Assembly (NCBI GenBank): GCA_001687465.1
Contig: LVLI01000710.1
Span: 1-43,803 of the forward strand
DNA length: 43,803 nt
Source of the DNA: Halocafeteria seosinensis
Taxonomy: Eukaryota
Direction of reading: 5' to 3'
Every line of letters begins with the position of its first letter. The stretch's first letter is position 1. The translations under genes and the position numbers were made by a program. The notes below the pieces were generated by a model. It saw nothing but the letters and a program-made list of their open reading frames with translations, did not search any database and had not been told where the DNA came from. Below are positions 21,515 to 30,573 of this stretch, one piece after another.

Positions 21515-24500
21515 ATGGGTGCCCAGACGGATTCCCTCAAGCGTGAAAGGGGGACAGAGGTGGAAGCGGGTGCAAGTACATTCTGGACCACGCCATATCC
21601 GCGACAGATGCAGCGCAAACGGAGACGTTTAGTTCGGGAAGGTGCGAGTTACTCGCAGAATCCGGCCGAGGGAGCTAATTCGGATGAAGATTTTACACCG
21701 AAACACAGTAAAATATCGTGGAGCGCACAGGAAGAGGAACTCTTAGTGCGGTGTTGCGCCAAGTCTATGGATTTTGAATCTATTCTACGAAACCATCGAA
21801 GTGAATTTCATTGGACGAGAACTCCAAAGTCTCTCCAATCTCACTATTATCGTATGAAAAAGACGAACCCAAGTGCGATTGCCTCTAACGGGAAACAGCA
21901 ACACCTCGGGGTTGGTTCTGGCGGTACCCTCACTTTGCAGAAGACTAAATCAGAGGATCACGCGGGTTACAGCAATGGTTATAACCAGTATAATGGAGCA
22001 AGTAGCATACTCGGTGAAGGAAGTAATGGCAAGTATGTTGATATTGATGTGTCGAAAGGCGGTACGAAATCCGCCGATGGGGAAGACCCGGCGGCTAATG
22101 CGAGTGTGAGTCCGGACGTTACTGCGGCTCTCGATTCCCAATTATCACCTATTGATTCGTTTTCGGCACCGCAAATCCTGTCACATGTACGAGCTGTTCG
22201 TGCTGAAGCGTTTGCACGGCGCGTAAGACCTCTCTTAACACGTGTTATGGACAGCTCGATAAATGGAGGCATCTTCAATTGTCCTGTTGACCCCGATGCC
22301 CTCGGACTTCCCGACTACTGGGAAATCGTTAAAAACCCGATGGATCTAGGCACTGTACGCCAAAGGCTCGAGAGTGGATGTTATTTATCAATTTCGGAGT
22401 TGAACGAAGAAGTGGAACTCGTCTTCAAGAATGCAATGTTATATAATCCGCGGAGTCACCCTGTTCACTCTGCAGCGTCAAGACTGCTGGATGAATGGCG
22501 ACACAGCTTGAAACGAATAGAAGCGAAGCGACAGACTGAAGATAGTCGAAAGCAGGTGCATGAATGTCATTTCTGTCAGGGACAAATATGCGTTGTGTGT
22601 GGTGACAAATGTCTCCGCTTTGACCCTCCGACCCTCTACTGTGACTGTTGCGGTGAGAAGATAAAGAGGAGCGATTCCTACTATCGAAGCAAAATTGGGC
22701 ATCGATGGTGTATGCGTTGTATTAATACGGGAGGTATGGGCCAAGCAGGACCGGGAGCGGTACCTCCGCCCACTGCGGCCATCTTCGCTACGACTAACCT
22801 TTCTGTTCTCAAGATGATGGCAGACTTAGTTTGGGCACAGGTACTAGGATACGCTCCCTTGGAAGATAACACGCCTAACCCGACGATACGAAGTAGTAGC
22901 TTATATAATAAGTCCGGAAACGGTACCGATAATAAGACCGGTGGGGCATCGACTCCCTCTCGTCCAAAGAGCGCCTCCAAGAGCCGCAATGGTGGCGGGT
23001 CACCGCAATCCACGGAAGAGTCTGGAAAGTCTACACCCTCTTCTGGTCGCAAGGAGCCTCAAAAGAATACCGACCAGAAGGGTAGATTTGTTCTGAAAGT
23101 TAGTTTCAAGGCAGGGACGGTGGAAGCGTATCAGCGCCAATCTCCTCAACAACAACCGCTATGGCCACCATCGGTGTCTTTGCCATCTAACATCGACGCT
23201 AAAGCGGCTCGAGCATTTATCACTTCCCATGCTGACTGGGAGGCGTTAGCTCAGATAACAACAGATCCACAAACCTCGCTATTTAATCCTCGTCTGTGGG
23301 GAGCAGCATTAACACTGAATGCTTATCAGCATAAGAAAAACTTCGTTTCATTACTTTCAGTGGCGATTAGAGGGATGCTGGAAAAGCGAAAGAACGACGA
23401 TGTAGTTGCAGAGCCTTGGGTTCAATGCGATCGTTGCAGCGGATGGGTACACCAGGTCTGTGGTCTATTCAATGCGAGAAAGAATGCGTTGCTCCCAGAG
23501 GATGCTCAATATGTCTGCCCTCCATGTCGGTTAGTCGAACGTGTCGGGCCGCGGAAGATTTCTTCTGCTTTAGGGGTGGTGTCTTCAGGGCAATCTTCCC
23601 AACTTTTACTTCGAAACGATTATTTACGAATGCTGCAACATCATATAACAGAGAGTTCTCGACCATCTAAGGTTGCCAAGGGAGATGAAGATGTTGAAGA
23701 AGCCTCAGTTACTATAGACGAGTTAAAAGAGGCTGCACAAGGATGTACGTCAGAGGCGCCTCTTGGTGTGGACCCGCGGCTAAAGAAGTTAGCAGCAAGC
23801 AGCAGCAGTGGCTCAGAGACATCGTCGAGCACATTGGAGTCCACCTCAAGGGCTGCTACACCTGCTGCTGCTGGCCTCAGCTCAGCACCGAAGGATCACA
23901 GTGCTGTGAAAATGCTTTCGAGTGAGTCGCTAGGAGTCGAAGCTGCTGTCGACAATACCGCAAAGAACGTCGGTCCAAAAAGTGATATTGATAACGCCGC
24001 CTCAAAATTAGCCCACACGCGTCTCTCTGCCGAAATGGAGCGTCGTGTGAGGTTGAGGTTCGCAAAGGTCACAGGCTCTCCGGAGGTTGCCTCATCTGTT
24101 GTCGTGAAGGAGGTTTCGTCTCTCCCTCTACATCTCAACGTACCGGACGAAGTTCGACGAATGTACCGCTGGCCTCTTGCCCCTTCATCGGTCGCAAAGA
24201 AGACTGTGACAAGGGCTGGAAAACATGTATCATCCACATTTGTTGAGCAAGCAGAGGAATCGGCAGAGCGGTTCATTCAGAACCTTTGCTCCGAGTCGCA
24301 AAGCAGTTTGAAGAATGAGCTCGGTGGTTTGTTCCAATCAACCATCCAACTATCGAAAGCAGCCCGAGCTGCAGCTCATACTTTCTTGACTCGGGTTCGG
24401 GAGCAGTCTACACACAAGTCTTCGAGTGAGAACTCGGCCAAACCTTCACAAGAAGACACCGGATGTGGAAACCAACATACTCTTCGTGTTACTTCTGAGG

Positions 24501-26203
24501 AGGATGCCAGGTCGCGCGAGCCTTGGTACGACTTGGATACCCAGGTAGTCTATCGACCAGAAGATGGGAAGAAGAAAGAAGTAGCATGGTCTTACCCAGT
24601 GACGATACCGTATAGGCAGCGAGTTGTCTTACTTTTCCAGCGTCTTGAGGGGGTCGATGTATGCGTTTTCGCTCTATACGTCCAGGAATATGGCGAAGAC
24701 GCTCCCCTACCCAACAGGAATACAGTATATATTGCATATTTGGATAGCGTCAAGTATTTACGTCCATCGCGAGCCCGAACCGCTCTTTACCACGAGCTTT
24801 TGACTGCATATATTGCCGATGCAAGAAGCCGTGGTTTCCATAAAGCTTATATCTGGGCATGTCCGCCTCAGCGAGGTGAAGGGTACATCTTCCATCGGCA
24901 TCCCACGAACCAGAAGACGCCAGGAAAGGAGCGCTTGAAACAGTGGTACAAGGAACTTCTTGATCATTGCAAAGACCTAGGCATTGTCAGTGAAGTTAAT
25001 GCGCTGTACGACGAGTATTTCGACGAAAAAGGCGAATTTCGGTCTGAGCAAGGGCTTCCTCCATACTTTGCGGGTGATTATTGGGCGACAGAGAGTGAAC
25101 GGTTAATTCGTGAGGTGAATAAGAAAGGTGCGTTTACGAAGAAGGGCAAAGGGAAATCAAAGCCTGCCCAAAAAAACAAGAATAAGAAGGTGGAACAAGA
25201 GTCAAACCAGAAAGCAAAGTCTTCCAAACTATACGACGAGACTACTGCGAAGACCCACTCGTACGCGGGGAGCGATCAAGTGTCAAGCGGGACCATGGAG
25301 AGGCGTCAAAGCAACCGTTCTCCATTTCAGCGTGCCATTGAATCTTGCAAACCGGTAGCCGACAATGTAAAACGATATTTTGAGAGCGTCGTTGCGTTTC
25401 TGGTGGGAGGAGAATCTGGCATTGTGCCAACACAAAACACCAAAGCGTCTGTCTCATCAGCTTCACCTGTAGCGTCCGCTGGCAGCAGCGATTCTGAAGC
25501 TGATAGTGACAACAGTAATACTCCGTCTAAGACAGAAGAGGAACAAAAAGGTCCAGAAATATGTTTCCGATCACCTGCTTCGAACACGCCGTCTATATTA
25601 AAGGCCGCTGCCCACTCTGCGAGTGTCGCGTTGAGTTCGAAGGCTATTCGTATTTTACATGGTCCTGGACGGCTACCCATTTCTGTCCTTGAACATGGAG
25701 CGGAGAGAGCCCTACAGGTGTCTCTTGCGTACCATGCTGATACTGAAGATGCAGATGGTAATGGTGAACGACTGTTGCGGTCACTAAAAGGCACATTGGG
25801 GCTCGAAAACGCATCGGAGACAACGCAGTCGCCTGAGGGAGATGATCAATCCTACATGGTAGAAGATGACGACGACGATGACGAGGAGAAGCCAGACCTC
25901 ATTAAAATGCTTGGGGAAAGGCTGAAGGATATGTACCGTGAGTTCATGGTGGTGCACTTGACGCCACTTTCTAAAGAGGAGCAAAAGGCTTCTCACAAGC
26001 GAGCGGCGCAAAAGCCGAAAGGCGACAAGAAGGAAATCTCATGTGATTTCTTTGATACGCGTCATGGCTTTCTGCGCTTGTCTCAAGGGAACAATTATCA
26101 ATTCGATAGTATGCGCCGAGCAAAGCATAGCTCTATGATGATTCTGTGGCATCTGCATAACCCTCAAGTCCCCGCTTACGAAGGGGATCCTGAGAATGTT
26201 TGA
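21515..26203 (+). CDS. CBP/p300 (KAT3)-type histone acetyltransferase: Myb-like - bromodomain - RING/PHD - HAT; intronless CDS
   Basis: Bromodomain FNCPVDPDALGLPDYWEIVKNPMDLGT..NAMLYN; RING CGDKCLRFDPPTLYCDCC..WCMRC; PHD EPWVQCDRCSGWVHQVC..CPPC. HAT motifs LLFQRLEGVDV, YIAYLDSV, IWACPP, PYFAGDYW, FDSMRRAKHSSMMILWHL. First in-frame ATG is at 21515. Confidence 0.93.
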   Translation: MGAQTDSLKRERGTEVEAGASTFWTTPYPRQMQRKRRRLVREGASYSQNPAEGANSDEDFTPKHSKISWSAQEEELLVRCCAKSMDFESILRNHRSEFHWTRTPKSLQSHYYRMKKTNPSAIASNGKQQHLGVGSGGTLTLQKTKSEDHAGYSNGYNQYNGASSILGEGSNGKYVDIDVSKGGTKSADGEDPAANASVSPDVTAALDSQLSPIDSFSAPQILSHVRAVRAEAFARRVRPLLTRVMDSSINGGIFNCPVDPDALGLPDYWEIVKNPMDLGTVRQRLESGCYLSISELNEEVELVFKNAMLYNPRSHPVHSAASRLLDEWRHSLKRIEAKRQTEDSRKQVHECHFCQGQICVVCGDKCLRFDPPTLYCDCCGEKIKRSDSYYRSKIGHRWCMRCINTGGMGQAGPGAVPPPTAAIFATTNLSVLKMMADLVWAQVLGYAPLEDNTPNPTIRSSSLYNKSGNGTDNKTGGASTPSRPKSASKSRNGGGSPQSTEESGKSTPSSGRKEPQKNTDQKGRFVLKVSFKAGTVEAYQRQSPQQQPLWPPSVSLPSNIDAKAARAFITSHADWEALAQITTDPQTSLFNPRLWGAALTLNAYQHKKNFVSLLSVAIRGMLEKRKNDDVVAEPWVQCDRCSGWVHQVCGLFNARKNALLPEDAQYVCPPCRLVERVGPRKISSALGVVSSGQSSQLLLRNDYLRMLQHHITESSRPSKVAKGDEDVEEASVTIDELKEAAQGCTSEAPLGVDPRLKKLAASSSSGSETSSSTLESTSRAATPAAAGLSSAPKDHSAVKMLSSESLGVEAAVDNTAKNVGPKSDIDNAASKLAHTRLSAEMERRVRLRFAKVTGSPEVASSVVVKEVSSLPLHLNVPDEVRRMYRWPLAPSSVAKKTVTRAGKHVSSTFVEQAEESAERFIQNLCSESQSSLKNELGGLFQSTIQLSKAARAAAHTFLTRVREQSTHKSSSENSAKPSQEDTGCGNQHTLRVTSEEDARSREPWYDLDTQVVYRPEDGKKKEVAWSYPVTIPYRQRVVLLFQRLEGVDVCVFALYVQEYGEDAPLPNRNTVYIAYLDSVKYLRPSRARTALYHELLTAYIADARSRGFHKAYIWACPPQRGEGYIFHRHPTNQKTPGKERLKQWYKELLDHCKDLGIVSEVNALYDEYFDEKGEFRSEQGLPPYFAGDYWATESERLIREVNKKGAFTKKGKGKSKPAQKNKNKKVEQESNQKAKSSKLYDETTAKTHSYAGSDQVSSGTMERRQSNRSPFQRAIESCKPVADNVKRYFESVVAFLVGGESGIVPTQNTKASVSSASPVASAGSSDSEADSDNSNTPSKTEEEQKGPEICFRSPASNTPSILKAAAHSASVALSSKAIRILHGPGRLPISVLEHGAERALQVSLAYHADTEDADGNGERLLRSLKGTLGLENASETTQSPEGDDQSYMVEDDDDDDEEKPDLIKMLGERLKDMYREFMVVHLTPLSKEEQKASHKRAAQKPKGDKKEISCDFFDTRHGFLRLSQGNNYQFDSMRRAKHSSMMILWHLHNPQVPAYEGDPENV

Positions 26204-26388
26204 TTCGATTTACGTCACAGAGCCAATAGACTCTTGTAAGTTAGGTTAGTCGTTCTCGAGTTTCAACAAAGAGAATACTAACCAATGCTAATGTCTTCGT
26301 GTGTTTGTACCCCATCGTATTTGTAGTTAGCTTAACTGGCTGACTGAAATATATCGCCTCCTCCAAGAAATACCAAGAAGCTGAAGTG

Positions 26389-27099
26389 TCATAAGACTTT
26401 CCATCCTGAAGAAGGAGGACGCTTTGTATACAACACTACCCATGCGACCCCCACTGCGCCTCCAAGAATATGTCCAAGGCGCGATACATTATCACTCGAA
26501 GTCAATGTCGACATCGTTTCGTGCATCAACCAGAACGCTCCCAACAGGACGAATGTGACAGGGACTTCCAGGGTACCGTCCTTCGTTCTCGTCGTCTTCA
26601 GTCCTGCACTCACAATGATCATAGCGAACACAACCCCTGAAGCTCCGACTAATGCGTAGTCGGCCACCAGCAACGAGTATAGAATCCCGGGCACTATTGT
26701 GGAAGCGGCTAGAAGCCAACAGTAATTCCGGCGGCCTAACTTTTCTGCAAGCAAACGCACCTAGGCCCAAGCTCAGTCATGTACTCTCGTTTCTGGTCAT
26801 CCAAGGAGCTTACCTTCAAGAATGGGTCCAATGAGCAGTATGGTGGCGAAATTGTTGGTGAAGTGGCTCCAGCCCGTATGCACGAGTGCATACGTGACGT
26901 ATCTATAAACGTCCCATATCGGTCTCATATACACCCGCGGCAGTAATTGGAAAGCTGAAGCCAATGGAGGCCTCTTCCCCGAAGGGAGACTGGTAGTATT
27001 GGCTATATCAATGACTAGAATCAGAAAACTCACCATAGCGACCCCGCAAGTCACTGGTGCATACAGTCGTAAACGCCATTTGAAATCAATGGACACCAT
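26389..27099 (-). CDS. Rhomboid-family intramembrane serine protease, 2 exons (intron 26745-26813)
   Basis: YRYVTYALVH, HFTNN (HxxxN), catalytic VGASG and GHILGG, with multiple hydrophobic segments. Confidence 0.88.
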
Positions 27100-28482
27100 A
27101 CCACTTTCTCAAATTGTCGGCGTCTACAGGTTGTACATTTCATATGAATTTACAATACATTAAATGCTAACATACTTCCTTTCTTTTCGGAGTTACTTTT
27201 TGTTTGCCGCACCATTGCACCAAACTCTTAACTTCCTCAGTTCCAGCGGCCCGTGGAACGGAGGCAGTCTTCGACAGAAGAATTCGGAGTGTAATCACGC
27301 ATATATGCAATCGTAAGAAAGCGAGCGAAAGTGGGATCTCATTGTATCGTTGCATTGCGTGGTACCATGGACCTGCAGCCAGGCGATCGTAGCACAATGC
27401 ATGACAATGTGAGTGTAGCATGTAGAGAAACTCATTCCGGTGTGAGCAAGCATATTTTTTAATGCACACACCGAAAATTTTTGCATTTAATCATACTGAA
27501 TACGTGCTTCGTTTGGTTCACGTTGGCAAGAAATGACACTTCATTTGCATCGTACAGAGAGTTCGGCTCTGTCCAGGGCCACACGTGACACGTCATCCAA
27601 ATAGGGACGGAATTTCACCTCTGAAAGACTTCCTGCCAGCATGCAAGATAAGCAGCCGGATCGACACAACTCCGAGACCAAAGGTAATAAATTTTTCAAC
27701 ATTTTGAGGAAGAGCTGACATGAGCATCCCCCCAAGGACTTAGATGTAGGAAGTTCCGGCAACGCTGTTTGTTTAGTTATGCATGGCTGCAATTCCGATA
27801 TTTACTATCGTATATCACCCGCGAGAACACTACAACACACACACAAATGTGACAGATAGCCCACCGGCCGGGAAGTTGACCGCATCCTCTTAACGAGGAG
27901 CGGTATATTACAAACAAAAGTTACAAGCAAAAACGTAAACCGATAATCGTAAACCGATGCTTCTTTCAACAATTATCTACTTTTTGAGTCAGTGACTTCA
28001 CTGACTTGACGCTTGTGTAGACACTTCAGTTGTGCTTGAATTCCAGGACAATCCCACTAATCAGGACAATCCCCCTGCTACGGCGACATGCTACTTGCAC
28101 TTCACAAACACCAGGCTTTGTTCTCCGCTCCTCTCCGCGCATGTTTTGAGTATCTATAGAGCATCACGCGCTAGTATGTCAAAATCAAGTCCAATTTCAT
28201 TGCGTTGTATATTCATTTTCCTTACTTTTAGGTGTAGGCTGCCGCTTGGGCCTTCCAAAAGGCTTCCAGAACGCATGAGTGACCTCCAGCACCTACACTG
28301 TACTTCAACACCATCCATCCCCACTTCGGCTTTATTTTCTCCGGACGGATCAACACTGACATCGAAAGCAGCAAAGTTTCCTACCGGGGAAAGTACCCAT
28401 CAAACCGAAGTTTTCTTTCACTATATCCCTCCATATTCTGGGTCTTCCCCGGAAAGATGCCACCAACTTCAACCTTATGCCC

Positions 28483-28568
28483 TCTCCGCGCTCTCCGCGG
28501 ATTCGGACGCGAACAGGGCCGGCGCGGATAGCGGACAGCGGAGAATCCGCGGCGGAGCGAAGCGGAGA
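28483..28568. repeat. GC-rich imperfect inverted repeat / long hairpin built from TCCGC/GCGGA units
   Basis: Perfect 10-bp stem CCGCGGATTC (28495-28504) / GAATCCGCGG (28543-28552), extended by GCTC/GAGC and TCTCCGC/GCGGAGA. Confidence 0.7.
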
Positions 28569-29052
28569 ACATCCTGGCTTTGGAGCAGGATACGATCTAC
28601 ATTTGTGGTTGAAGATATATAGAAAAGTTGTGAACCGGTGGTTTGACAAGAGCACGCGTTCGCAGCGAAAGCCAAGTACAAGTCCTGGGCGAGTTTTGCA
28701 GAAACCGAAAAATTAATCAAATTTGCGTAAGTATTAAATTCCAATGAGCATCGAAGACAAAGTCATGAAAGCGTAATACTTTCGTGGCATAGCTCTTGTT
28801 TGGGACTTGTTAAAAAGGTATCTTGTTCTTCGAGTGCTAGAGTACCTAAATTGTGTGCTCGTGATGATCCTATTTACGGCTTTGTGTACACATGCATATG
28901 GTTATTTATGTCTGTGTTTTTGCCGCGGATCACCAATGAGTGCCTTGAATTAAAGAGCTCTCGAGAAGTGAAGCCGCCTTTCTTAAGTTGTTTTCTCGGT
29001 TCTGCAGTTCAGCAACTTTATGCGAAGTTTGCTCTCTACGTACCTGTCAATA

Positions 29053-29897
29053 ATGAAGCTATTTGTTCAATCTCTGTTTTACGGTAAGCAGCTTTCGTGA
29101 CTCAGACAAGTCTTGCATGTATGACTATTTGCTTCACTCCCCTCCATGCAGTCGGGGTACTTACCTCCGTCCTCGGACAAACAGCAGCCTATCCGCAGCT
29201 CCAGCGTCGCGAAGGCGCTGGTACAACTTTGTCCAGCACTGTTGACCTTTGGCCAGGTCACAACGTGTCAACGAGCACATTCAACCAAATGTCGAATGAT
29301 TATGACGTCGGAAACGTAATTATTCCATGTCTGCTCGCCAATAATACCCAGGATCCGTACTGTGCCGCCAATGTAGACAGCTCGGTTCGGAGTGTGCAGG
29401 GTGAATACCCGGACATTCTCTTGACTCCCAATGCAAAGTATGCAAATCCAAAGGAGCAAGTAAAAAAAGCTCTAAAGGATGTAAATCTTGATAACGTGGG
29501 CTATATCTGGGTTGAAGTAACTTATCCGCTTTTCTGGGTCGGACCGGTGTCCGCGAATCAACTATTCTTGAAGGCCTTTTCGGAGGAACTGTATCAATTT
29601 AGCGGCTTCTCTTGGGATCGTCTAGGAATACTGACGGACGAAGGTATTTGGATCGATGTCATGGGGTCATTGAACTACCCATCTAACAAGGGGATGATGC
29701 TATGGCAAGTGCTTCTTGATGGCCATCCTTCAACGGGCTCAGTTGATTTCGGTGGCTGGAGCTACGTTACATACAAGCAATATTTGATTGAGCAAACGCT
29801 CTGTTCGCTCACTGTGAACTATGACTATTGGCCAAATTACAGTTTGGTGGCTTCTTCCCCGTCGTCGAAGGCAAAGAAGGTGAAGCGGCGTCAGTAG
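29053..29897 (+). CDS. Secreted GH25 (protist/nematode Lys1-type) lysozyme-like protein, 2 exons
   Basis: Signal-peptide-like start MKLFVQSLFYVGVLTSVLG after splicing. Family pattern VD....VSTSTF, DPYCAANV, EQV, GYIWVEV, ANQLFL, LGILT...W, LW...DG, FGGWSYVTYKQY, LCSLTVNYDYW. Confidence 0.75.
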
Positions 29898-29933
29898 CAT
29901 TTACCATATAACGTCGTTTGGCCTTACTGATGA

Positions 29934-30260
29934 CGTGAAATATACATAATCGGTGTGCTAATGTCCAATAATATAACGATTGACATCAGCGGAAGCTCGA
30001 GTAGCTTCAGCGAAACCCAGTCAGCCCTCAAAATGCGAGGCTCGTTTTGGTCCTTAATCCTCTTTCATACTGTACTCCTCATAACTTGAATAGTCACTAA
30101 AGACTTACAGATCTGGTAACAGAAGATGCATGCATCATTTCCCTTACGAAAAGACTATATTCTAACATACGGAGCAGTAAAACTACCAAGTATGAGCATA
30201 CTATGAGGTCATGGAGACTAGCCTATCGGACCACCGAATACTTGAATATACTTGTGAAAT
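29934..30260 (+). pseudogene. Relic of an EEP (APE-like) endonuclease domain, possibly from a non-LTR retrotransposon
   Basis: Three motifs in the correct order across frameshifts and stops: EIYIIG(D)AN (~29937-29962, requires restoring one base), RKDYILT (~30147-30167) and SLSDHRIL (~30220-30243). Confidence 0.4.
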
Positions 30261-30573
30261 CAAACATACTTCCAACTATGAACTGGATGAGGTATCTCTT
30301 AACGGCTGCGGAAATTTCGACTTCACAGAGCCTTATATCCATATACAGCGCCCATAGTTCGCTGAAAGCGGTATATTTACTCAGCTCTACCAAGTGTTGA
30401 CATATTGCTATTTGACTCATCACTTGAGATAGAGTGGAAGAGCTTGAATAGTCCAAGAGAGTAGGAAAAAGGACCACGCGCGTGGAGCTTTCTGACCCCT
30501 CCACTTCACAAGAAGTTTTCTTAGCCTTTGTGCTAAACGTATTCACTCTTTGGACTGAAAAGGTCGCCCGACG

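Noticed and set aside
24721..24727. TACAGTA inside the acetyltransferase CDS
   Set aside because: It is in frame within the conserved N.VYIAYLDSV motif, so it is a chance match rather than a footprint.
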